Shown in pieces: positions 46,028 to 58,458 of a stretch of DNA of 64,000 nucleotides (the first letter of the stretch is position 1; the number at the start of each line of letters is the position of its first letter). The notes beneath the pieces are model-generated. The model was not told the DNA's origin and did not search any database. It was given only the letters and a program-made list of their open reading frames with translations. The stretch is from Ascoidea asiatica JCM 7603. Taxonomy: Eukaryota > Fungi > Ascomycota. The DNA lies in NCBI GenBank assembly GCA_001600695.1, contig BCKQ01000014.1:120989-184988 (forward strand). The letters run 5' to 3'. A program made the translations under genes and the position numbers.

Positions 46028-46655
46028 ATTTATTATTAATAATAAGAGAATGTGAATTTAAATTTAAATTTGAGATTGAGATTGATATTGAGATTGAGAT
46101 TGAGATTGAAATTGGAATTGAAATTAGATTTGAAACTATTTAGAATCAAAGATATGAAACCAGATAATTAAGAATATTAACTTTCATAAAATGGAGATAT
46201 AGATATTTAATGAAACAATGGAGTATAAAACAATTGATATATGTATATGTTGAAAAGTGTTGAGATATAATATAATATAATATAATATAATACAATACAA
46301 TAGTAGATTAGATTAGATTAGATCAGAATAAAACCCAAAGAATAGAGAAAGTCAAGAGAGAAAGTCAAGAGTATAGCGAGTAGCGAGTGCAGGAAGTGAC
46401 TATACCAAAACACACCAAAATACGAAAGAAATACGAAAGAAATACGAAAGAAAGAGAAGAGAAAGAGAAGGAGAGAGAAAGGAAGAGAAAGGAAGGAGAA
46501 GGAGTATAAATAGAAGCGAGTCTGCTCTTGTTTTCGAGGAGCGGAGAAAGAGCAGAGCGGAAAGCAGAGGTTGGGAGAGGGAGCAGGTGGGAGCCGAGGG
46601 CAGGGCCGGCGGTCACGGGAAAGCAGGTCGGATTGCAGTCTGGAATGTGTGTTTA

Positions 46656-46709
46656 TTACGTAAGGAGGCGTGACGGTGGAGAGGGTCTTGCTGTCTTGCT
46701 GATTACTAA
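46656..46709. promoter_or_regulatory. bZIP/Yap-type sites in the HFI1/reductase divergent promoter
   Basis: TTACGTAA at 46656-46663 and TTACTAA at 46703-46709. Confidence 0.45.
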
Positions 46710-46923
46710 GCAGCGAGGCGTTTTCGGAGATTTGAGTTCCTCCCGGTCCGCACGGAACATTTATACCCGTCCATTTCAAATTTGCCACTTTCCTTATAAA
46801 AGCAGAGAAAGATTCATGAATTGTGAACAATTTCATGAATATAAAAAAAACAATTGATTGCGAATTGAGAATTGTGAATTGAGAATTGTGAATTGTAATA
46901 TTATAATAAATTGTATTGGAATC

Positions 46924-47997
46924 ATGTCAAAGGAAATTGTTTTAGTTACTGGTGGTAGTGGGTTTGTTGGTGCATATTGTGTTCTTGAAGCTTTAAAAAG
47001 AGGTTTTCAAGTTAGAACAACTATAAGAAATTTAAATAAAAAAGATTTATTAATTAAAAATTGGATTTTAAAATCAGGTTTAGATCCAATTTTATTTAAT
47101 GAAAAAAATTTAAAATTTTTTGAAGCAAATTTATTAAATGATTTAAATTGGTCTTTAGCTATTGAAGATTGTAATTATATTATTCATACAGCTTCACCAT
47201 TTGTTGCAATGAATCCAAAAGATCCAAATGATTTAATTAAACCTGCTGTTGAAGGTACTTTAAGAATTTTTAATTTTGCAAAATTACAAAAATCAAATAC
47301 TATTAAAAGAATTGTTTTAACTTCTTCTGTTGCTTCAATTGCTTATGGTTATGATAAATCAATTTTAAATAATGGAAAAATTTTAAATGAAAATAATTGG
47401 ACAAATTTAAATAATATTTCAAATTATTATATAAAATCAAAAACTTTAGCAGAAAAAGCTGCTTGGAATTTTATTAAAAATGAATCTCCAAATTTTGATT
47501 TAGTTGTAATTAATCCTGCAATGATTTCTGGTCCACCTTTAGATAATAAATATTCAACTTCAATTACAATTTTTACTTCATTTTTAAAAGGTTTTTTTAA
47601 ATTTGGTACTCCAAAAATTTATACTAATTTAATTGATGTAAGAGATGTTGCTAAAATTCATATAGATTCTTGTACAAATAATTTAGCTAAAAATCAAAGA
47701 TTTTTATTAGTTTCTGGTAAAATGATTTCAATTTTTGAACTTAGTAATATTATTGGTAAAAATTTAATAAAATATAAAAAATTAGTACCTTCATTTCAAT
47801 TTCCAAGTTTATTAATTTATTTATTATCTTTTATTATACCTCCATTAAAATCTGTTGTTAATGAACTTGATTATAAATATAATTGTGATAATTCAAAAGC
47901 AAGAGAAACTTTTAATTGGACTCCAATTACTATTGAAAAATCTGTTATTGATACAATTAATGGAATTGAATTAATTGAAAATGAATCTAAAAAATAA
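46924..47997 (+). CDS. NADPH-dependent aldehyde reductase (extended SDR, DFR/Gre2-like)
   Basis: First ATG at 46924; VLVTGGSGFVG, HTASP, TSS, YIKSK (YxxxK), DVRDVA. Confidence 0.9.
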   Translation: MSKEIVLVTGGSGFVGAYCVLEALKRGFQVRTTIRNLNKKDLLIKNWILKSGLDPILFNEKNLKFFEANLLNDLNWSLAIEDCNYIIHTASPFVAMNPKDPNDLIKPAVEGTLRIFNFAKLQKSNTIKRIVLTSSVASIAYGYDKSILNNGKILNENNWTNLNNISNYYIKSKTLAEKAAWNFIKNESPNFDLVVINPAMISGPPLDNKYSTSITIFTSFLKGFFKFGTPKIYTNLIDVRDVAKIHIDSCTNNLAKNQRFLLVSGKMISIFELSNIIGKNLIKYKKLVPSFQFPSLLIYLLSFIIPPLKSVVNELDYKYNCDNSKARETFNWTPITIEKSVIDTINGIELIENESKK

Positions 47998-48078
47998 TTT
48001 ACAATTTATATACTTTATATATTTTATATATTTTATAACCTACATAAATAATAATAATAATAATAATAATAATACACT

Positions 48079-49698
48079 TTATTTTTCTTGAAGAGTTTTA
48101 GAAATTTGATCTTTCATACTTGGTGTTAATTTTTGAATTATTGAAATTAATTGATCAGATAATTGATCTTTATTTCTATTATCTTCTTGAATAATTTCTG
48201 GAGAAATAACTTCTGAAATTGGAATATTAATATCATTATTTAATTGATTATTTAATTGATTATTTAATTGATTTGATAATTCATTTGATAATTCATTAGT
48301 TAATTGATTGGAGAATTGATTTGTAATTTGTTGTTTAATTTTTTCATTCATTTTTTCAATCATTCCTTGATTAAAATGTATATCATTATTATCATTATTA
48401 TCATTATTATCATTATTATCATTATTATTTTTATTATTATTTTTATTATTTTGAATTGAATTTGAATATTCATAAGGAGTTGTAAATTTAAAATTATTTT
48501 TATTATTATTCGTTATATTATTATTATTATTATTAATATTATTCGTTATATTATTATTATTATTAATAATATTATTATTAAATTTTAATAAATTTTTTTC
48601 ATTAATTTTTATTAATCTTTGTTTTTCAGCAATTTTATTTTCAATATTCATTAAATAAGTTCTTTTTAATTCAATTGGTAAAGATCTATTATTTTTATTT
48701 CTTAATCTACAATTTAAACAAGTTTTTAAATTTTTTAAAATTTCATCATTATTTAAAAAATTTGAACATCTTGTACATTTACCTTGTTTTTGTAAATTAA
48801 TTTTTCTTTTTTTACAATAATTTCTACATTTTAAACAACTTTTATAATTTGAAATTGAATCAATTTCATTTAATTTACTTGAACATTGTGTACATTTACC
48901 TTGTTTTGCTCTTTTTGCTTTTTTTTGTCTTGATCTTAATCTACAAATTGAACATAAAACAAAATTTAATTTTTTATAAGAATATGATAAATTTAATTGA
49001 TTTGAATTTGAATTTGAATTATTTTGATTAATATTCATTTGATTATTATTATCATTATTATTATTATTATTATTATTATTAAGTTCTTGATCTTGTTGTT
49101 GTTGTTGTTGTTGTTGTTGATTAGTTGGTAATAAATCACCACAATCTCTACAATAACCTGGATTTAAATTTTCTAAAGTTCTTTTTTGATATCTATTTTT
49201 TGTTCTTAATCTTTCTTTTTCTCTACAATTTGAACATAATTTATATTGTCTTGAATTAATTAATTGATTAAAAAATTTTCTACATTTTGTACATTTTGAT
49301 TCAATACCTTTTTCAATTTCATTTTCATTTTCATTTTCATTTTCATTTCCATTTTCATTTTCATTTTCATTTTTATTATTATTGTTATTGTTATTATTAG
49401 CGCTATCATTAGAGTTATCATTAGAGTTATCATTAGAGTTATCATCAACGTTTATATTCATATTTTCATTAGGAATATTATTTGAATTTGAATCAGTTGA
49501 TTTCTTTGCTTCATTTTGAATCAATTGTTGTAATTGTTCAATTTGATGATGAGTAGCATCTATATTTTGATGATCATTATCATTATCATTATCATTATCA
49601 TTTGTTGCTTCAGATAAATGAGAATGACTTATTAATTTCTCGATGGCAGCAAAATGAGCTATAAGAGCTTCTTTTGATTCTCCAGCTATTTCACTCAT
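48079..49698 (-). CDS. Wor3-like Cys-rich DNA-binding protein
   Basis: Eight CxxC motifs (CTKC, CSNC, CRDC, CSIC, CTQC, CLKC, CTRC, CLNC) separated by basic segments. Confidence 0.7.
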   Translation of the reverse strand: MSEIAGESKEALIAHFAAIEKLISHSHLSEATNDNDNDNDNDHQNIDATHHQIEQLQQLIQNEAKKSTDSNSNNIPNENMNINVDDNSNDNSNDNSNDSANNNNNNNNKNENENENGNENENENENEIEKGIESKCTKCRKFFNQLINSRQYKLCSNCREKERLRTKNRYQKRTLENLNPGYCRDCGDLLPTNQQQQQQQQQDQELNNNNNNNNNDNNNQMNINQNNSNSNSNQLNLSYSYKKLNFVLCSICRLRSRQKKAKRAKQGKCTQCSSKLNEIDSISNYKSCLKCRNYCKKRKINLQKQGKCTRCSNFLNNDEILKNLKTCLNCRLRNKNNRSLPIELKRTYLMNIENKIAEKQRLIKINEKNLLKFNNNIINNNNNITNNINNNNNNITNNNKNNFKFTTPYEYSNSIQNNKNNNKNNNDNNDNNDNNDNNDIHFNQGMIEKMNEKIKQQITNQFSNQLTNELSNELSNQLNNQLNNQLNNDINIPISEVISPEIIQEDNRNKDQLSDQLISIIQKLTPSMKDQISKTLQEK

Positions 49699-50479
49699 TG
49701 AAATGTTTGGGTGGCAATTGCACGATCTGTTGTTACTGTTACTGCTACTGCTACTGCTACTGCTAATACTACTACTACTACTAATATTGCTTCTGCTGAA
49801 TCTGCGATCTTCTTTTGTGCGGGTATCGGCTGCTGGCTGAGAAAAGAGAAAGAAAAGGTCTTGCTACACTTTTCCAGCAGCAAAGTCTTCTCTTTTCTTC
49901 TCTTCTCGTCTTCTCTTCTCTTCTCTTCTTTTCTTCTCTTCTCTTCTCTTCTTTTCTTTTCTTTTTTCTCAGTCGCGTGTTGAACAATTTTCATTTTCTC
50001 TCCAGCCTCATAAACCTATCAGGTGATATCACCAGCCATACCAGTTTTTTTTATTGTGGCGCTGCACTTTGAATCCATATTCACAGGTCATAAAAAAAAA
50101 AAACAAGCTTTATTCTATTCTACCACCATAAATACATACTTAATACTTTAGTTATTACTCCCTTAAATTATAACTTTAAACAAAATCAAAAAAAAAATAA
50201 AGAAAATGAAAAAAAAATAAAATTTTTGTTATTTATCTTATTTGAATCTCTGAAAATTTCTCATATCATCTCTGTTTTCAAAATTTTTAAAAAATTCTTA
50301 GATGATTAATTATTCCAACTTTATCATTTAATACAGATCACATATTACTCCACTGATAAATTTAAATAAAAATTACAAAAATTCAAAATTCTTGAAATGA
50401 TTTTCATTTTGAAGCATATGCTTCATTATCAATTACTTTATTGATTATATTTTTAAAGATTTAAAATCTTTATGAAATT

Positions 50480-52156
50480 TCATTTATCAATACATTCTTT
50501 TTCATAAATATCATTTATAATTTGAAAAACTTTAGTTATTTTACTTTTATTTAAATTATTTTTAATATCATTAATATCCTTTTTTTCAATTTTATTAAAA
50601 TTTATTATCATTTTATCAGGATGCCATCTAATTCTTTCTTTTTTAATAATATTTTTGAAAATTTCTTCTTCTTTAAATATTTTATTATCATATTTTTTAT
50701 TAAGAATTAAATTTATACCATTTTTAAAAAAAATTAAAATATTTTCATAATTTAATTTATTACCCAAAGGAAATTGATTAATTGGAAATGAAATTTTTTT
50801 AAAATTTTCAAAATTTTCCCAATTTTTACAATATATTAAATAATTATATTCTTCTTTAATTGAAATATTATTCTCACTTTTATTCTTTATTTTATCAATT
50901 TTACTTGGCTTTGATTTTGATTTTGGTTTTGATTTCGATTTCAATTTCAATTTTGATTTTGAAAAATCTTCAAAATTTGTATATGACCATTTATATGTAT
51001 TTGTATTTATATCTATTTTTATATTTTCATTTTTAATTTTATTCTTAATTTCATTCTTTACTTCATTTTTAACTTCATTTTTACCATTTTTATTTTTACA
51101 ATTTTTTAAACATTTAAATCCATTTATTGAATTACCATATTCAATAAATGATATATTATTATTTAAATTATTATTTAAATAATTATTTAAATTATTTTTA
51201 TTTTTAATTTTATTTTTTTTACGTTTTTTAATTGGTGATTGAATATAATTATAATTAAAATTATGATTATTATAAAAATTATAATTACTATTATTATTAT
51301 TATTTATATCATTTATATCATTTATATCATTTGATCTTTTTATTGAATTTAAATCATTTATTGGTTTTGGAGCTTTTGATAATGGTGTTTGATATATATT
51401 ATTATTATTAATTATATTATTATTAATGATATTATTATTATTAAAATTATTATTTATTGAATAATTATTATCAAATATAAGTGAAACTTCAGAATCTGTT
51501 TCATTATCAGAAACTGTATCATAATTATTATCATTATTATCAATATCATTATTTATAAATATTTTTGATTTAAATTTTAATTTTGAATTATTATCTCGAT
51601 TAATTTCTTGATTGAAATTATTTATAATTTTAAAAGTTTGTTTAATTGGAGTTATATTATTTAAGTTTGTAGGATTTAAAATACTTTTTAAACTAAAATT
51701 ATTTAAATTATCATTAGATTGATCATTGAATTTATCATTTAAATTTAATTTTTTTTCATTTCTTTTCTTCAATGGAATATATTTAATATTTTGTGAAAGT
51801 AATGGTGAATCTAAAAGTATTATATTACTATCAATTTCATTAGTATTAGTATTAGTACAATCATAATCATAATCATGATCATAATCACTTATAGTGGCAT
51901 CATCATCATCATCATTTTCTTCATCATTTTTGTTTGATTGAATAGATTTTTCATTTATAATATTATTTGTATGTAATTCTGCACTTGTATCAATATCAAT
52001 TTCAGATTCAACTTCAGTATCTGAATTTGAAGAATTTTGAGTTTCTGTTTCAGTATCTGAATCATTAAATGATGATGATATAATATTATTTAATTTATTA
52101 ATTTCATTCATTTTATTTATATCATAATTTGAATTATTGATTAAATCTGTTGACAT
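50480..52156 (-). CDS. Uncharacterised protein with C-terminal ERIRWHPDK domain
   Basis: 558-aa ORF with an acidic/Asn-rich N-terminus, NLS-like SPIKKRKK and C-terminal KKERIRWHPDKM..ITKVFQIIN. Confidence 0.75.
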   Translation of the reverse strand: MSTDLINNSNYDINKMNEINKLNNIISSSFNDSDTETETQNSSNSDTEVESEIDIDTSAELHTNNIINEKSIQSNKNDEENDDDDDATISDYDHDYDYDCTNTNTNEIDSNIILLDSPLLSQNIKYIPLKKRNEKKLNLNDKFNDQSNDNLNNFSLKSILNPTNLNNITPIKQTFKIINNFNQEINRDNNSKLKFKSKIFINNDIDNNDNNYDTVSDNETDSEVSLIFDNNYSINNNFNNNNIINNNIINNNNIYQTPLSKAPKPINDLNSIKRSNDINDINDINNNNNSNYNFYNNHNFNYNYIQSPIKKRKKNKIKNKNNLNNYLNNNLNNNISFIEYGNSINGFKCLKNCKNKNGKNEVKNEVKNEIKNKIKNENIKIDINTNTYKWSYTNFEDFSKSKLKLKSKSKPKSKSKPSKIDKIKNKSENNISIKEEYNYLIYCKNWENFENFKKISFPINQFPLGNKLNYENILIFFKNGINLILNKKYDNKIFKEEEIFKNIIKKERIRWHPDKMIINFNKIEKKDINDIKNNLNKSKITKVFQIINDIYEKECIDK

Positions 52157-52486
52157 TTTGATAAATAAAATAGAAAAAGGATATGTATGAATATATTTAT
52201 ATACTCTATTACTTCTTCTTTTCAGTATGAATTATTGTTTTCTATTGTTGATTGTTATTTATAATCATTGGAATACTCTTTGATTCTTTGTTAATAAATA
52301 GAGAAAATATTGAAAAATATATTAAATATCCTAATCAGAAAGCTATTAAAGAGCCTATTAAAGAAACCACTCTATTTTAGGAACCTATTTTAATTATTTA
52401 ATGCACTCCGGATCTGGAACGGTTGAAGCAGGAAACTCTGCAAACTCAGCAAGCTTTCCCCAACACACAAACATAAACACGGAAAC

Positions 52487-52535
52487 GTAAACAGTAAAAA
52501 GTAAACAGTAAACAGTAAACAGCAAAATGTAAACA
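52487..52535. promoter_or_regulatory. Array of five forkhead motifs GTAAACA
   Basis: GTAAACA at 52487, 52501, 52508, 52515 and 52529. Confidence 0.55.
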
Positions 52536-53718
52536 GTGGAACCTGAAATAAATTTATAAACAAAAAAAAGAGTCGCCACAAATATGGTCTTGTACAAGTC
52601 ACACTTATACATTACGTAACAGTTTCCATAAATATGGTGCTCATTACATCACCTGACAATATCCGGATAAAAACAAGGATTATTAATTCCATGACATGTG
52701 CCGGTAATGACCAATTTCTTACGTAACCCGGATGGTTTTTTTTTTCAGTTTCTCACGCAAAGTGAAAAATTTGATTTGGAAGCTGCGTGCAGAGACGGCG
52801 AACTGGTTTCTTCTTACTCTTCTTACTCTTCTTACTCTTCTTACTTTATTCCTACTTTATTCAATTCTATTACTTCTCCATTTACAACTTGCACTAATAA
52901 TCCAATATATTCGTTCACTAAGAGCTGATATTACTAACTATTCAAAATATTACCCTTTATCAATATAATAGTTTTAATAATATATCAATTATTTAATATA
53001 ATTTAATACAATAATATAATATAATATAATATAATATCATAAAGAATATATCAACTTTAGATATTATCATCATCATCTTCGATCAATTCTTATTCTTATT
53101 CTTATTCTATTCTTTATACATTCATAAATTATAAATGAAATAAATTTCGATCTAAAATTTTGTAAATATCTTCAAAAATCTCCATAAAATCTTATTCATT
53201 CTAAAATTCTTATATTCATATTTTTATATCTTTATTATATCTTTATATCTTCATCTATTCTTTTTTTGTATAATATATTTTATATTTATTTTTCTTTTTT
53301 TATTTACACTTTTTTAATTCAATTCAAAGTTCTTTTTTGATCTTTAAAATTTTTTGAAATTATTCTTTTATAATATTTAAAAATTGCCTCTCAAAATAAA
53401 TCTTCAATCAATAAATTAATATATCAATCAAACAAACAATCAATCAATTAATTAATCAAAGAAATCAATAAATATATAATCTATCATTTCAATTTTTGAC
53501 AAATATAATCAATATTTAATCAATTCATTAACTCAATATATGAAAAAGAATTATATTGTTTTTACCGCTAAGTATAAGAAAAACTTTATTCAAATTTCCC
53601 CTAATATTTATTAAGATTTTATATCCCTATTAAATATATTCAATATATCATTTTTTAATATTCAAATTATAATAAAATATTATAAAATAATATAATAAAA
53701 TATAATTAATAGCTTGGA

Positions 53719-53814
53719 ATGTCTACAACTTCAATTGTTTCAATTTCCTCAGCTCCAACTTCTGAAATTCAATCTTCAAAAACTTCAATTACCAACTCTA
53801 CAACAACTATCACA

Positions 53815-53871
<57 letters not shown>

Positions 53872-54159
53872 CAAAATCAAATTCCTAATTCTAATACTAA
53901 TCCTAATACTCCCTCAAATAATAATATCAATAATAAAAATATGACAACTTCAAATTCTCAAACTCAAACTGCAATTCCAACTCCAATTCCAACTCCATTT
54001 ACTCAAGAACAAAATCCAAAAAATATTGGTTGGTCTTTTATTGAACATTATTATTTAAAATTTGCAAATAATCCAATTGATTTATTTAGATTATATTCTC
54101 AAAATGCTTTATTATCTCATGATGATATCACTACTCTTTTCAATGATAATTTAAATAAA

Positions 54160-54198
<39 letters not shown>

Positions 54199-55992
54199 TT
54201 TTCAAATAATTTAAAATTAATTGAAGCAAATGGTATTGATCAAATTAAGAAAATATTCAATGATTTATCATCAAATAATATCTCAATTGAAAATGATAAT
54301 GAAAATAATAATGAAAATAAAATAAATGATGATAATAATAATAATGATAATAATAATAGTAAAATTTTTAAAATTATGATATCATTAGCTGAATTTCAAA
54401 AAATTATTATTAATGATGATTTAAATCATATTTTAATTACTGTTTCTGGTGAATTAGCAAAATTAGATTCTCCTGCTTTTAGATTCATTCAAACTTTTGT
54501 AATTTCAAATTCAATTAATAAACCAACTGTTTATGATATTACTAATGATATTTTAAGATTTTTATCTCCTTATGATGATGAAGAATATCAAAATTCAATT
54601 AATCAACAATCTGATGTTGAAGTTTCTATTCAAACTGATGAAATTCCAGCAATTATTCAATCAAATATTGAATTAAAACCCGAAGTTCAAAAAGAAATTA
54701 AAAATGAAATCAAAAATGAAATTAGAAACGAAACTAAAGTTGAATTAAAACCTGAATTAAAACCTGAATCAAAGCTTGAATCAAAACCTGAAGTTCAAAA
54801 AGAAATTAAAGATGAAATTAAAAAAGAAATTAAAACTGATGAAATAGTTGAAACAAAAAAATCAATCCCAAAACCACAACCTGAATTAACTTTAAAAGAT
54901 TCTAAACCTTCTAAAGATATCAATGATCAAAAAGATATCAAAGAAACTAAAGAAACTAAAGAAGTTAAAGAAGTTAAAGAAATCAAAGATGATAAAAAAG
55001 ATAAAAAAGAATCAAAACCTGTTGAAAATAAATCAAAACCAACTAAATCAAAATCTGAAATTTCATCCGATTCTAAACAAAAAAATACTTCTAAATCTTC
55101 TCCAAAACCTGAATCTAAAAAAGATCAAAAATCAAATAATGCTAAAAAAGTTGATAATAAATCTGTTCAAAAACCTGTTTCTGCTTCTACAACTATTGAA
55201 TCATCTAATGGTTCAACTATTTCTTCACCTGCTTCTGGTACTTCAACTCCTGCAACTTCAATTTCTGCACAATCATCTACACCTGCTCCTACACCTGCTC
55301 CAATTGCTTCTAAACCAAAAATTAAACCAAGTTCATGGGCTGCTGCTGCAATGCTAGGTACTGATAAAAAAGAATCTATTTCTCCATCTATCAAAAAAGT
55401 TACAAAAACTAAACCTACAACTGTTTCATCTACTCCTACTACTGAATCCACAAAACCTAAAGTTGAATCTTCAATTGCTACTACAACTGCTCCTCATAAA
55501 GGTCATCCTACAAATGGTAATGCTGTAACTGAAAATGTTAATGGTGAACAAATTGTTAAATCTCGTAAAGTTAAAAAAGAAGAAGTTTTTCCTGTTTATG
55601 TTCGTGGTTTATCAATTAAAATCTCTAGTGCTGATTTAACTAAACATTTAGAAAATAATTTTGGAAAAGTTTATTCTTGTGTTGTTAAAAATTTTATTGC
55701 TTTAGTTGATTTTTATGAATTATCTTCTCAAGTTAAAGCTCTTTCTGCTAGAGCTCTTGAAATTTCTCCAGGTTGTACTATTGAAATTCAACCAAGAACT
55801 AAAAAAGGTGATCATGATAGAGCCGAAAGAGAAAAAAGAGAAGCAAGAGAACTAAAAGATAAAATCCCAGATGGAAGAGGTAGAAAATTTGTCAATGGTG
55901 GAAGAAAATTAAATGGTGACAATAGATCTAATTCTAAAGGAAATTTAAAAGCAAACTCTAATACTAATAATCATTCACATCCTCATAACTGA
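53719..55992 (+). CDS. BRE5: Ubp3 cofactor Bre5 / G3BP-like protein (NTF2 + RRM)
   Basis: IGWSFIEHYY, FIQTFVI and YDITNDILRF (NTF2-like); SSWAAAA; C-terminal RRM FPVYVRGL..ALVDF. Confidence 0.85.
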
Positions 55993-57189
55993 TTATAATA
56001 TACATGAATCGGTAATAAATGAATAATTTTTTTCTGGTTTTCTGTATCGAATATAATCATATGTCTTTAATACCATTTTTTCATTCCCTTCTTTAATTTT
56101 CTAACCTTTTCTTTTCTTATTCTATTAATTTTCAAACTTTTTTTCCCCTTTTGAAAAGAAAGCGTTTTGTATTTTTGTTCAAGATTTTTTCAATCCTCAA
56201 ATTTTTTATTTTATTTTATTTTTATTTTTTTTCACTTATTTATTTTTGTTTTGTTTTATTTTGTTTACTTTTGTTTTGTTTAGTTTATTTTGTTTTTATT
56301 CTTTTTGGTTCTATTGTGATAATTAACTATTTCACCCTGACTTTTATTTATTTTAATCAATAGCTGACCAAAGAAAGCAAGAAAAAAAATTTTAAATTCT
56401 ATATCCTAAATTCAAAATTTAAGCTAAAAGAAGCAAAATCAAATCAACCTTCACTTTATTAATACAATTATTCAACTGGGGTACACATTTAAAAAAAAAA
56501 ATTTCAAAAAAAAGTTCCTAAAAATCATAGTTCTGATCAATTTTCATTACTTCTTTCATTATTTTTATCAATTTGTAATGTTTAACACTTATATTTTTAC
56601 ATTATTTCTATTATCTCTTGCTGCCTCTGGTAATTTTGCTATAAAATAAATATTTTTTAAAAGGCTTCAAAAATTTTGAAGTAAAAAAAATTGATTAGTG
56701 CAACATAAAACTTTGGTTGCACAATCTTTTCTACAATTCACTTATAAAATGAGATAGTCATTGGTGGAAAAGAATAAAAGATTTTTTTAATTTATTTTTT
56801 ATTTATCAATATAAATTTTATCCTTTTAAAAGTTTTATAATTTGACATATCTTTTTTTCCAATTAATCTAATTTAATTTAGCCTGTTTTAGCTCATAATT
56901 TTTATTTTTATATAATTTTCAAAAAACTCAATTTTATTTATATTTTTATCTATAATTTCCAATTTTTATTTCAATTTTTATAACAAAAACTATCAATAAT
57001 TTTATTAGAATTGATAATTTTGTATATTAACTATTCAAATATTTTAAATAATAAATGTTTAGTTTATCTCCAAAGAAATCACAATAAAGAAATGTAATGA
57101 ATAACTAAAAAAACAATTAAAGTTATTCAATAAAAATGACTAGAAAATATTTATTAATCAAATAATACTGAATATATAAATAATTTTAA

Positions 57190-58458
57190 CTATAGAACAT
57201 CTCTAAAACCTCCAAAAGCTTGATTATTATTTGTGTTTGTTATATTAGTATGTAAAGAAGATCTATTATTTGAATTATCAGCAGAAGAAGTTAATAAATT
57301 ATGATCACCCATTTTTCTTGGTTTTATAATTTGTTTTAATAAAAATAATAAACCAAATAATATTGATAAAGCTGCTAAAATAATATAAGCAATACCTAAA
57401 CTTAAATTTCTACCACCAATTATTGAATTTGAAGTTATTATTAAAGATTTTGAACCACCAAATATTTCTACTGGATAATTTAATTCAATATCAATTTGAT
57501 AATCACCATCTAATAAAGTTTCAGTTTTATTTTGACCAACTAATTTAACAAAATTTGGTAAACCTGCAGTTCTCATCCAATTTTGAAAAAGATAATCTGT
57601 TGATAAATCAGGTAAATTATCATCAGTATAACCATCAGGATATTTTTTATACCAATTTGGTGGAGGTACAATATCATCAACATCATAATTTGTTTTTTTA
57701 TATAAAGATTTATCAGAAGACCAAGATATACCAGATTGAGATAATATATAAGTTATATTTGGTTCAGAAGAAGAAGATGGATTTAATAAAATTGGATTTG
57801 AAAAAGAATCATTAAAATAAGAATTTGCTATTAAACCACATGGATAAATAATTTTATCATTAGAATCTGTTGATAATGGATCACAATCTGAATCTAAATC
57901 AGATTTTGAAACAGCTTTACCTTTTAATTGATCAATATCATAACTTTCTACATAAATTCTATGATTTTGATAAAAATTAGTTAATTTATAATATAAATAA
58001 ATTGGTGGTTTAATAGAATTTGGTAAAGTAAATTGAATTCTACAAATTTGTTTATCATAATCATCATCATTATCATCATCATCAGAAGTTTGATTAAATT
58101 GAACCCAAGTTGGATTACTAGTTTTTGAACTTGAAGAAGATTTTTTAAAATTTAATGAATAATATTTTGAAGGTATATCAGTAGGATCATCTAAATCACT
58201 TGAAGCCATACTTGCACAATGAGTATAATTAATTTTAAGTTGTTGAACATTATTTGTTGTTATCATCATTACAATACCTAAAGGTGCAAAAATTATTGCA
58301 ATTACAAATAATAAAGGTAAAACAGATTTTGGAGTTAATATTGGTTGCCATGCTTTTAATCTTTGTTGTCTAAAAGCAGTATTTGGAGGTTTTTTTGATT
58401 TCTGTGTTTTATCAACCATGGCACTTTCACCATTTTTTCTTTTTCTTAAAAAATTCAT
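57190..58458 (-). CDS. CDC50: Flippase beta subunit Cdc50
   Basis: KKPPNTAFRQQRLKAWQPILTP, YYKLTNFYQNHR, YPCGLIANS, FQNWMRTAGLP; two TM segments. Confidence 0.93.
   Translation of the reverse strand: MNFLRKRKNGESAMVDKTQKSKKPPNTAFRQQRLKAWQPILTPKSVLPLLFVIAIIFAPLGIVMMITTNNVQQLKINYTHCASMASSDLDDPTDIPSKYYSLNFKKSSSSSKTSNPTWVQFNQTSDDDDNDDDYDKQICRIQFTLPNSIKPPIYLYYKLTNFYQNHRIYVESYDIDQLKGKAVSKSDLDSDCDPLSTDSNDKIIYPCGLIANSYFNDSFSNPILLNPSSSSEPNITYILSQSGISWSSDKSLYKKTNYDVDDIVPPPNWYKKYPDGYTDDNLPDLSTDYLFQNWMRTAGLPNFVKLVGQNKTETLLDGDYQIDIELNYPVEIFGGSKSLIITSNSIIGGRNLSLGIAYIILAALSILFGLLFLLKQIIKPRKMGDHNLLTSSADNSNNRSSLHTNITNTNNNQAFGGFRDVL

Noticed and set aside
52932-52971. TACTAAC upstream of BRE5 as a possible 5' UTR intron
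   Set aside because: No canonical GTATGT or GTAAGT donor found upstream.
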